A stretch of 64,000 nt of DNA, taken from NCBI GenBank assembly GCA_002482775.1, contig DLGQ01000002.1, positions 22,729-86,728 of the forward strand. The letters run 5' to 3'. The notes under the pieces were generated by a model, which did not search any database, was not told where the DNA came from, and was given only the letters and a program-made list of their open reading frames with translations. Within the stretch, counting starts at the first letter, position 1. Every line of letters begins with the position of its first letter. Shown here piece after piece: positions 9,914 through 18,330 of the stretch. The position numbers and the translations under genes were made by a program. The DNA is from Flavobacteriales bacterium UBA7690. GTDB lineage: Bacteria > Bacteroidota > Bacteroidia > Flavobacteriales_F > PHOS-HE28.

Positions 9914-9921
9914 TACCTTTG
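9914..9921 (+). promoter_or_regulatory. -7 box TACCTTTG
   Basis: TAnnTTTG match only 7 nt upstream of ATG 9929, which implies a near-leaderless mRNA. Confidence 0.4.
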
Positions 9922-9928
9922 ATCGCCC

Positions 9929-12598
9929 ATGCGTCGTTTCCTTGTCATCCTCGTCCTGCTCGCGGTCTGCGGTGCGGTGGCTTGGACGCTCTTCCACTGG
10001 AACCGTTCGGCGATCGCCACCGCCGATCCATGGATCGCCATGCCGGACCGTTCGGCGGTGATCCTGGAAGTGCCCGATGCATGGGTGACCTGGGACCGCT
10101 TCACGCACACATCCCAGCACTGGAGCAGCGTTGAGCACGTCCCTGCTGTGGCCGCCGTGGGCCGCCTGATGGCGCAGACCATGGCACGCGCGGAGAACGA
10201 TGCTGCGTTGCGCGGATCGCTCGCGGATGTGACCGTGTTGGTCTCGTTGATGCGCACCGGCAACGAACAGGTAGACCTACTGCTCGCTTGTGTGCCGCGT
10301 TCCGTGGATGGTATGCCTATGCGCACGTTCGCCGAATTGTTGAAGGTGGATGAAAGTGCCATCAGCACCTTGCAGGATGGCGGCACGGTGCAATGCCGAC
10401 CAGACACCGCGCTCCCGGCGATCTCGATCTGCGTGCAACGTGGCATCTGGTTGATGGCCACCTCACCCGCGATGATGGACGAAGCGCTGTTGCAACTGAA
10501 GAACGGCAAGTCCATCGCACAAGACCCGCTGCTGAAGGATGCGTTGAAGACGCTCGGGGGTGGTGCCGACGCACACGTGCTTGTCCACCTCGAACGTGCG
10601 AAGAGCCTGCTCCACACATGGTGCAAACCCGCTGCGGTGGATGCGCATGATCTGCCCAGCGGATGGGTGGCATTGGACCTGCGCGCACGTCCGGATGCGT
10701 TCCTGCTGAGCGGTCTGGTGCTACCAGGCACCGCGCACAAGTCGTTGACGAGCATCGAACACCAAGGCACGGGTCGCAACGACCTCGGTCGCTATTTACC
10801 GGTGGAAGTCGCGGCATGGGACGTGCGCCAAGTGAACGACGGTGAGCGCTACCTGCGCGACCTCAGCTTCGCGAACGATAGCACCATCACCACGTTGGGT
10901 CCGAGTTTGTTCAACTGGGTGCAAGGCAGCGTGGGTGTGGCGTACAGCAGCGACACCACGGGGAACAAGAACCGCGCCTGGGCGATGTTCCAGACCGATG
11001 ATCCGGAAGGTGCTGCCACGGAGATCCGCAAGTTGTGCCCCGATGGCGTGACCTGCGACACCCTGAACCATCGCGGCACGCGGCTGACGAAGTTACCCGT
11101 GATGAACGCGTACGATAGCTTGTTGGGCGCGGCATACGGTGCGTTCCAACAACCGTGGTGGTGCGTGTTGAGCGATGTGGTGGTGTTCGCTCCCGACCCT
11201 GAAGCCTTGCGCACGGCCATCGATGCATGGAACGATGGACGCACCCTTGCCGAAGATGCACGCACCAGTGCATGGACGGAGCGCATCGCCAGCACAGCAG
11301 GCCGCACCATGAGGTGGGACATCGCACGCTACTGGCAGCACTTCGGGAACGAATTGAAGGCCGATGCTTCAGCAACGTACAACGCTGAACGGCAACTGTG
11401 GCAGAGCTTCGGAGGCCTCGCCGTGCAGCTTTCACCCGCGCAGCACGGCCGCACGCACATCACCATCGGCTTGGAACATGCGCCGGTGGAACAGCGCAGC
11501 ACGGGCATCCATTGGAGCACACCGCTACCACCGGGCATTACACGTAAGCCGGACATCCTGCGTAACCACACCAACAACACCCGCGAAGTGCTGGTTCAGT
11601 CCCGCAGTGCTGCGGGAGACGAACACAGCATCCACCTGTTGGGCAGTTCGGGCAAGGTGTTGTGGAAGTACCAACTCGATGGGCCGATCATGGGGGACGT
11701 ACACCAAGTGGATCGGTTCAAGAACGGCAAGTTGCAATTGTTGCTGAACACCCCGGGCCGCATCTACCTCATCGATCGCAACGGCAAGGATGTGGGTGGC
11801 TTCCCCATCAGCCTGCCCGAAAAAGCGACGACACCACTTGCCGTGTTCGATTACGAAGGCACGAAAGAATACCGTGTGTTGATCGCGCTTGCCGATGGAC
11901 GTGTGTTGAACTATGGCATGGAGGGCACCATCACCACCGGCTGGGGAACACCGCGCCTGAGCAGTCCTGCCACGAGCGCTGTGCGTCACTTGCGGATCAA
12001 GAACAAGGACTACCTGCTCGCCTTCGATGGCAATGGCCGGATCAAGGTGCTGGACCGCCGTGGTAGCGAGCGCGACCACACGGAACTGGACCTCGGCGCA
12101 AAGGCAACGGTGCATGAAGTAGCGCCCGGCTTGGAGTTGAACGCCACGCGCATCATCTGGGCGGATACGAGCGGCACGCTATACGAAGCGGCCTTGAACG
12201 GAAAGGCAAGAACCCTTTCAGGATCCGGCAACAACTTCCTTGGCGATCTGGCGGATGACGGATCCTACAACGTCGTGCATGTCGCAGGAGACAGCTTGAT
12301 CGTATCACACGGCACGAGGTTCCTGCTCTCACGTTCCTTCGGCGCAGCATTGGCACCGGAAGCCTACCGTTACAAGCTAGGGACCGGCACGGTGATCGGC
12401 GTGATGATCCCCGAACGCGAGCACGTGACCCTGATCGATGATACGGGCCGTGAATTGGATGGTTTCCCGTTGCGCGGCGCAACACCGTTCAGCATCGCTG
12501 ACCTTGATCTGGATGGCACGTTGGAATTGGTGACCGTGACCGCCGATGGCCACGTGGTAGCGTACAACGCACTACCGGCAGCCTCTTCCATTCGCTGA
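9929..12598 (+). CDS. large uncharacterised membrane-anchored protein with beta-propeller/FG-GAP-like C-terminal repeats
   Basis: 889-aa ORF with an N-terminal TM (RRFLVILVLLAVCGAVAWTLF). The C-terminal ~330 aa carry repeated ...G(K/R)(D/E)(V/L)xGFP... and DLDLDGTLELV motifs. Confidence 0.6.
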   Translation: MRRFLVILVLLAVCGAVAWTLFHWNRSAIATADPWIAMPDRSAVILEVPDAWVTWDRFTHTSQHWSSVEHVPAVAAVGRLMAQTMARAENDAALRGSLADVTVLVSLMRTGNEQVDLLLACVPRSVDGMPMRTFAELLKVDESAISTLQDGGTVQCRPDTALPAISICVQRGIWLMATSPAMMDEALLQLKNGKSIAQDPLLKDALKTLGGGADAHVLVHLERAKSLLHTWCKPAAVDAHDLPSGWVALDLRARPDAFLLSGLVLPGTAHKSLTSIEHQGTGRNDLGRYLPVEVAAWDVRQVNDGERYLRDLSFANDSTITTLGPSLFNWVQGSVGVAYSSDTTGNKNRAWAMFQTDDPEGAATEIRKLCPDGVTCDTLNHRGTRLTKLPVMNAYDSLLGAAYGAFQQPWWCVLSDVVVFAPDPEALRTAIDAWNDGRTLAEDARTSAWTERIASTAGRTMRWDIARYWQHFGNELKADASATYNAERQLWQSFGGLAVQLSPAQHGRTHITIGLEHAPVEQRSTGIHWSTPLPPGITRKPDILRNHTNNTREVLVQSRSAAGDEHSIHLLGSSGKVLWKYQLDGPIMGDVHQVDRFKNGKLQLLLNTPGRIYLIDRNGKDVGGFPISLPEKATTPLAVFDYEGTKEYRVLIALADGRVLNYGMEGTITTGWGTPRLSSPATSAVRHLRIKNKDYLLAFDGNGRIKVLDRRGSERDHTELDLGAKATVHEVAPGLELNATRIIWADTSGTLYEAALNGKARTLSGSGNNFLGDLADDGSYNVVHVAGDSLIVSHGTRFLLSRSFGAALAPEAYRYKLGTGTVIGVMIPEREHVTLIDDTGRELDGFPLRGATPFSIADLDLDGTLELVTVTADGHVVAYNALPAASSIR

Positions 12599-12654
12599 GC
12601 GCTGCACCTGACGTTGATCAGGCGAATGAACGGTCAGGCACCGACCTTTACCGC

Positions 12655-13017
12655 ATGCCGCACCACGACATCACCGCCCCCGATGATGTACGCCTTTTGA
12701 TCGAGCGTTTCTACACACGCGTTCGGCCCGACCCGGTGATCGGTCACTTCTTCACGGAGCTGGACTGGGATCATCACATCCCGCACATCACCGCGTTCTG
12801 GAACATGGTGCTCTTCGGCGACCGCACGTTCCAAGGCGACCCGATGACGGCGCACAAGAAATTGAACGCCCGCCTGCCGATGCATCCCGATCATTTCGAG
12901 CATTGGGTGAAGCTCTTCCAAGCAACGGTTGATGAGCTGTTCACTGGTCCCAAAGCGGACGAAGCGAAACAGCGTGCGCAGAGCATCGCAGGCGTGATGA
13001 TGCACAAAGTGCTTTGA
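12655..13017 (+). CDS. group III truncated haemoglobin
   Basis: 120 aa. The sequence (LIERFYTRVRPDPVIGHFF...HIPHITAFWNMVLFG...) matches my memory of group III trHb proteins. Confidence 0.75.
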   Translation: MPHHDITAPDDVRLLIERFYTRVRPDPVIGHFFTELDWDHHIPHITAFWNMVLFGDRTFQGDPMTAHKKLNARLPMHPDHFEHWVKLFQATVDELFTGPKADEAKQRAQSIAGVMMHKVL

Positions 13018-13111
13018 CGAATGGAGAACGTTCGACCGAAAATGGACGGGGATGAACGTTAACGGAGCCAAATGCCCCCTGTTCATGCACTTTCGTTCAC
13101 GGTAGACGCAC

Positions 13112-14104
13112 TCACCTCCGAGGCTTCCGCAGGGCGATGTTCTGCCCGGCAGTCAGCTTCGCATCCTCACCAAGCCCGTTGTACTTGGCCAGCTTAGCAA
13201 GTTTCACGCCGTAGTGTTGGCTAACGTCCCAGAGGCTTTCTCCGGCAACAGCGGTGTGTGTGCTCGCGGACTTGGCGGTGTTGCGTTTGGGCTGGATGTA
13301 GATGCGCTGCCCGGCTTCCAGCTTGGCGTCCTTATCCATGTCGTTCCAACGCGCGATCATGCCGTGGGTCATTTCCAGGTCGGCTGCCAGCTTGCGGAAG
13401 TCGTCGCCTTCTTTGGTGGTCACGTATTTGATCCGGCCCTCGAAGGTCTCCACGTTCCGGCCGGCGCTCCACGTGATCACATCGCTCTCGCCGCCACGCT
13501 TTCCGGGTTTGCGGCCGCTCGTCTTGCCTGTTGAAGGCTTGTTCGCCGTACCAGTAGTTGCAGGCTTGGGCTTGTAGGTCACATCGATGCCCTTGTCCAG
13601 TTTGTGTAGTTCGTATCGGTCGATCAGCGCGATCAACTTGGTGGGGTAGTTCGGATCGGTAGCGTAACCGGCCTTCTTCAACCCTTTGGCCCACCCTTCA
13701 TAATCCGTCGGCTTCAGTTCGAAGAGCGAAGCATAACGCGGCTTCTGCAGGAATTTCGCGTGGTCATCATAGCTCTGCGCGGCATCCTTGTACTTGCGGA
13801 AACAGTCGTCCTTCTTGTCATCGTCGTGGTAGGTGCGGCCGCCGGTCCAATCGGGTGTGCATTTGATTCCGAAGTGGTTGTTGCCTTCGCGCGCCAGTTC
13901 ACTGTTGCCGTTGCCGCTCTCCAGCAGGCCTTGGGCCAGAGTGATGCTCGCCGGGATACCGTGCTCTTTCATCTTCTTCACGGCCACTTCCTTCCACTCG
14001 CTGATGTACTCTTCCGCGGTGAACCGTTGTCCGGGCGGCTGGCCTTGGGCGTAAAGCGCCGTGGCGAGCATCGCAAAAAGGGGGAGGAAGAGGGTTTTGA
14101 ACAT
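13112..14104 (-). CDS. secreted peptidoglycan glucosaminidase with two LysM domains
   Basis: Signal peptide, then the glucosaminidase motif ITLAQGLLESGNGNSELAREGNNHFGIKC, then two C-terminal LysM-like repeats. Confidence 0.85.
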   Translation of the reverse strand: MFKTLFLPLFAMLATALYAQGQPPGQRFTAEEYISEWKEVAVKKMKEHGIPASITLAQGLLESGNGNSELAREGNNHFGIKCTPDWTGGRTYHDDDKKDDCFRKYKDAAQSYDDHAKFLQKPRYASLFELKPTDYEGWAKGLKKAGYATDPNYPTKLIALIDRYELHKLDKGIDVTYKPKPATTGTANKPSTGKTSGRKPGKRGGESDVITWSAGRNVETFEGRIKYVTTKEGDDFRKLAADLEMTHGMIARWNDMDKDAKLEAGQRIYIQPKRNTAKSASTHTAVAGESLWDVSQHYGVKLAKLAKYNGLGEDAKLTAGQNIALRKPRR

Positions 14105-14310
14105 GTGAACAGTCTCCTTCGGGCCTGGTAAGCGGTCTTCGGGATAGTGCGAAACTACTGGGGTTCAGAAGGGTTATGAACGATCCATTCACCGAGAAAC
14201 ACACCGGTCGATGTGGAAATAACGTGCCGAACGGCTCCGCTCGCATATTCTTGTGACGGAAAGCTGGCCATGGGAGAACCATTCCTGATCTTCCGGTGTT
14301 CTGCGAACGG

Positions 14311-14526
14311 ATGAACCAGCCCATTCCCCGGTATGAATACACAGCGGACCAACTTGCCCGTATGGACCGGCTGGGTTTGGCGCCGGGCGATTGTTACTTC
14401 ACCGAGGAAGGTTACGTCGTCTTCACCGAGCAATACCATTTGAAGCGCGGGTATTGCTGCCAGAGCGGATGCAAACACTGCCCGTACGGATTCCACGAGA
14501 AGAAGGGGAAGGGAAGAACGGGCTGA
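14311..14526 (+). CDS. small Cys-cluster protein (DUF5522-like)
   Basis: Track ORF starts at GTG 14296; the likely start is ATG 14311. The GYCCQSGCKHCPYG cluster is as in DUF5522 proteins. Confidence 0.55.
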   Translation: MNQPIPRYEYTADQLARMDRLGLAPGDCYFTEEGYVVFTEQYHLKRGYCCQSGCKHCPYGFHEKKGKGRTG

Positions 14527-14572
14527 AGCCGGTTTCGGAACATTGGCACTATCTTCACTGAAAGGAGTTCCA

Positions 14573-16078
14573 ATGCATTCACTTTCAACCACACTTGCGT
14601 TGGTCCTCGGCTTGGTTGTGAACGCGCAGGATTGGGCCCTGATCAACCCGGCCTACCGCTACAACTACTCGGATGATGGCACGGACACCATCAGCAACCA
14701 GATCCGGGTGATGCACATCGACACCTTGGGGCCGGATAGTTTCAGGTATGAGCTGAACAGGGTGGTCAAGTATATCGGTCCACATGAACCTTCCTCGGCG
14801 AATTGTTTCAGTGAGATCGAGTACCGCTTGGATGAACCACAATTCATTGGTGGAAGTATCGTTGAGTTCGGCACGAGTTGGTGGTTGTTCGGGGAGGACA
14901 CGGTAAGGGTGCTTCCGTTCCTTGGTCCAGGCGAGAGTTGGGACGCTTCCACAGGCACGACCGCCTCGGTCATTTCAGGTGCTTTCTACTCCGTGTTAGG
15001 GGAGTTGGACAGCGTGAAAACCATTGGGTTCAGCAATGGTCGTATGATCGAGGTAAGCAAACATCACGGGATTCTGGATCACTCCAACAATGGGGCTCCG
15101 CACCGATTGATCGGGGTCCAAGGGGCAGTTGAGATCGGCGCGCACTATCCCAAGTTCGGGGACTTCTTCAACTACCAATCCGGTGATATCCTCGAATATC
15201 ACGGCTCCTTCGGGTCTACTGACGGAATATGTTACACCACCGGTAGTTCTATAACCAGGTACGAGTTCCTTTCCCGAACGGAGGAGGGGACGATGATAGA
15301 GTATCAAGTCCAGCGCACTTTCAAACAGCAGGTCTTCAGCGAGCCCGTCTTTGGTTCGGGAGGAGGATGTCAGAGTGGATCATATTCCAACCAAAGTGCA
15401 ATTACCCTATCAATTGAGGATGACCACTGGATAGAGGCGAACTTTCTAGCCAACCGTTGGCTTGACAAAAGTTGGCCCGGAGCGTTCGCAGGGGTGTCGT
15501 GGGATGATCCATACCCGGGGCTATTCGCTACCAACGGTCATGGACCGGTCTGGCGGATCTCGAAGAACTCAACGGGCAGATACGTATTTCATGGCGGATC
15601 GCCGATCACCGGCCTGGTCGAACCAAATTTCGAGAACATACCGGAGCGATGCCACTGGGATACGAGTCTTGCAGCATTTTATGGACCTGATTACCTGAAT
15701 CGCTATGTGGAGGGCATTGGACGGACCTTTGCCGGGTACCATGATTTTGAGCACGGCGAAACCGATTCTCTGTATGCCTATCGCATCGGCGAAGAACATT
15801 TCGGAACACTCACCCCCATAGATATCATTCTTGAAGTCTCCTCGATCCGGGGAGAAGAAAGAGGAGGATCGATTTGGCCGAACCCTTCGAACGGCCACGT
15901 TGAAGTGAGGAAAGGCGAACCGGGCACGCTATACAGCATAATCGATACGCAAGGCCGCATTGTTCTTTCGGGAGTCCAACAGAACCCACAGCGGCTGGAC
16001 CTACAGGCTTTGCCACCAGGAAGCTATAATCTCAAGCGTGAGGGCTTCGCCCCTGAACGTTTCATCATCCTCCGCTAG
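14573..16078 (+). CDS. secreted hypothetical protein with T9SS C-terminal sorting domain
   Basis: Signal peptide from ATG 14573 (MHSLSTTLALVLGLVVNAQ). The C-terminus IWPNPSNGHVEV...YNLKREGFAPERFIILR is a type A T9SS CTD. Confidence 0.7.
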   Translation: MHSLSTTLALVLGLVVNAQDWALINPAYRYNYSDDGTDTISNQIRVMHIDTLGPDSFRYELNRVVKYIGPHEPSSANCFSEIEYRLDEPQFIGGSIVEFGTSWWLFGEDTVRVLPFLGPGESWDASTGTTASVISGAFYSVLGELDSVKTIGFSNGRMIEVSKHHGILDHSNNGAPHRLIGVQGAVEIGAHYPKFGDFFNYQSGDILEYHGSFGSTDGICYTTGSSITRYEFLSRTEEGTMIEYQVQRTFKQQVFSEPVFGSGGGCQSGSYSNQSAITLSIEDDHWIEANFLANRWLDKSWPGAFAGVSWDDPYPGLFATNGHGPVWRISKNSTGRYVFHGGSPITGLVEPNFENIPERCHWDTSLAAFYGPDYLNRYVEGIGRTFAGYHDFEHGETDSLYAYRIGEEHFGTLTPIDIILEVSSIRGEERGGSIWPNPSNGHVEVRKGEPGTLYSIIDTQGRIVLSGVQQNPQRLDLQALPPGSYNLKREGFAPERFIILR

Positions 16079-16106
16079 TTCGCCATTTCCCTCCGATCTT
16101 CGGGGC

Positions 16107-18152
16107 ATGGTAACCGCGACCGCCTCCGACCTCCAAGCCTTCCAGCATACCATCCACGAAGGCATCCCCGATGTTCTTCCTCCAGCTGGTACGCTACATG
16201 GGACCGTGAGCCACGCTCCCAAGCGCAAGGACATCCTCACGCCTGAAGAAAAGAAGCTGGCTTTGCGCAACGCGCTACGTTACTTCCCCCAGAAGCAGCA
16301 CGCTACCCTTGCTCCCGAATTCGTTCAGGAATTGAAGGAACATGGTCGCATCTACATGCACCGCCTACGTCCGGACCATGCGATGTACGCAAGGCCCCTT
16401 GACCACTATCCCGCAAGGTGCACGCAAGCTGCCGCGATCATGCTGATGATCCAGAACAACCTGGACCCGGCCGTGGCGCAACACCCGCACGAGCTGATCA
16501 CGTATGGCGGCAACGGTGCGGTGTTCCAGAACTGGGCGCAGTACCGGTTGGTGATGAAGTACTTGAGCGAGATGACCGATGAGCAGACGCTGGTGATGTA
16601 CAGCGGGCATCCGTTGGGCCTGTTCCCCAGCAATAAGGAAGCGCCGCGCGTGGTGGTGACCAACGGCATGGTGATCCCCAACTACAGCAAGCCGGACGAT
16701 TGGGAACGCATGAACGCGCTGGGCGTTTCGCAGTACGGGCAAATGACGGCGGGTAGTTACATGTACATCGGCCCGCAGGGCATCGTGCATGGCACCACGA
16801 TCACGGTCTTGAATGCGTGTAGAATGCTACCTCAACCCCCAACCGCTTCTCCCGGGGAGAAGGGGAGCCTGAGGCTCTTCGTCACCTCCGGTCTTGGTGG
16901 CATGAGCGGTGCCCAACCGAAGGCCGGTAACATCGCGGGGGTCGTCACCATCTGCGCGGAAGTGAACAGCACGGCCGCGCACAAACGCCAAAGCCAAGGC
17001 TGGGTGGATGAAGTGATCAGCGACGTGGACGCGTGCATCGATGCCGCGCAGGAATGGCAGAAGAAAGGCGAAGCGCACAGCATCGCTTTCCTCGGCAACA
17101 TCGTGGACCTGTGGGAACGGTTGGCTGCACGCAACATCAAGGTGGACCTCGGCAGCGATCAAACCAGCTTGCATAACCCGTGGGCTGGTGGATACTATCC
17201 CGTTGGCCTGAGCTACGAAGAGAGCAACGCGTTGATGGCGAACGATCCAGCAACCTTTCGAACGAAGGTGCAAGAGACCTTGCGCCGCCATGTGAAAGCG
17301 GTGAATACGCTCGCCGCACAAGGCATGTACTTCTTCGACTACGGCAATGCGTTCTTGCTGGAGAGCAAGCGCGCCGGAGCGGATATCGGCGGGGAGAACG
17401 GAGCGGAATTCCGCTACCCCAGCTATGTGGAAGACATCATGGGTCCCATGTGCTTCGACCATGGTTTCGGTCCCTTCCGCTGGGTATGCGCGAGCGGCCA
17501 CCCTAAGGATCTGGCCACCAGTGATCGCATCGCCGGTGATGTGTTGGAGGCCATGCTGAAGGAAGCACCCTCCGAGATCGCCCAACAGATCGCCGACAAC
17601 CTGCATTGGATCCGAAGCGCGCATCAGAACAAGCTGGTGGTGGGCAGCCAGGCACGGATCCTTTATGCCGATGCCGTTGGTCGCATGCGCATCGCCGAAG
17701 CGTTCAACAACGCCATCAAGGACGGAAGGATCAGTGCTCCGATCATTCTTGGTCGCGACCACCACGATGTAAGCGGCACCGACAGTCCGTACCGCGAGAC
17801 GAGCAACATCCGCGACGGCTCGCGCTTCACGGCGGACATGGCCGTGCAGAACTTCGTAGGCGATGCCTTCCGCGGGGCCACATGGATCAGCCTGCACAAC
17901 GGAGGTGGCGTGGGTTGGGGCGAAGTGATCAACGGTGGTTTCGGCATGGTGCTCGATGGCAGTACCGACAGTGATCGCCGGTTGAAGAGCATGCTTCATT
18001 GGGACGTGAACAACGGCATCGCGCGCCGGGCTTGGGCACGCAACCCGAACGCGGTGTGGAGCATCGAGCAGGAGATGAAACGCACACCGCTATTGAAGGT
18101 GACCTTGCCGAATGAGGCGGAGGATGGGTTGATCGAGAAGGCGCTGGGATGA
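16107..18152 (+). CDS. hutU: urocanate hydratase (long form)
   Basis: ATG 16107. Conserved blocks include YGGNGAVFQNWAQY and LFVTSGLGGMSGAQ. The upstream part of track ORF 15960-18152 overlaps the preceding gene. Confidence 0.95.
   Translation: MVTATASDLQAFQHTIHEGIPDVLPPAGTLHGTVSHAPKRKDILTPEEKKLALRNALRYFPQKQHATLAPEFVQELKEHGRIYMHRLRPDHAMYARPLDHYPARCTQAAAIMLMIQNNLDPAVAQHPHELITYGGNGAVFQNWAQYRLVMKYLSEMTDEQTLVMYSGHPLGLFPSNKEAPRVVVTNGMVIPNYSKPDDWERMNALGVSQYGQMTAGSYMYIGPQGIVHGTTITVLNACRMLPQPPTASPGEKGSLRLFVTSGLGGMSGAQPKAGNIAGVVTICAEVNSTAAHKRQSQGWVDEVISDVDACIDAAQEWQKKGEAHSIAFLGNIVDLWERLAARNIKVDLGSDQTSLHNPWAGGYYPVGLSYEESNALMANDPATFRTKVQETLRRHVKAVNTLAAQGMYFFDYGNAFLLESKRAGADIGGENGAEFRYPSYVEDIMGPMCFDHGFGPFRWVCASGHPKDLATSDRIAGDVLEAMLKEAPSEIAQQIADNLHWIRSAHQNKLVVGSQARILYADAVGRMRIAEAFNNAIKDGRISAPIILGRDHHDVSGTDSPYRETSNIRDGSRFTADMAVQNFVGDAFRGATWISLHNGGGVGWGEVINGGFGMVLDGSTDSDRRLKSMLHWDVNNGIARRAWARNPNAVWSIEQEMKRTPLLKVTLPNEAEDGLIEKALG
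16829..16874. repeat. REP-like palindromic unit inside hutU, read in frame
   Basis: Hairpin CTTCTCC-CGG-GGAGAAG nested in CCTCA...TGAGG. The reverse complement matches the element at 49519-49554 at 30 of 37 aligned positions with one 1-nt gap. Confidence 0.5.
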
Positions 18153-18330
18153 ACATGGACCAACATGACCAGCACCAGCTGAAGCTCATCGAAAATCAGC
18201 AGGAATAGACCCATCAAAAGTGAACAATTCAGGATGTGATGGATGGTGGGTCCTTGCGTTGGAGCCCATCCAACGTTCTGGTCGTAACTCATGTCTAACC
18301 GACCAGAACAACATCCAAATTCACTCCCAC

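Noticed and set aside
16827-17999. 390-aa minus-strand ORF inside hutU
   Set aside because: hutU on the plus strand is unambiguous, so this is a GC-driven antisense ORF.
18155-18208. 17-codon ORF (MDQHDQHQLKLIENQQE) just after hutU
   Set aside because: It is too short, has no supporting paralogue, conservation signal or coupling, and is likely random.
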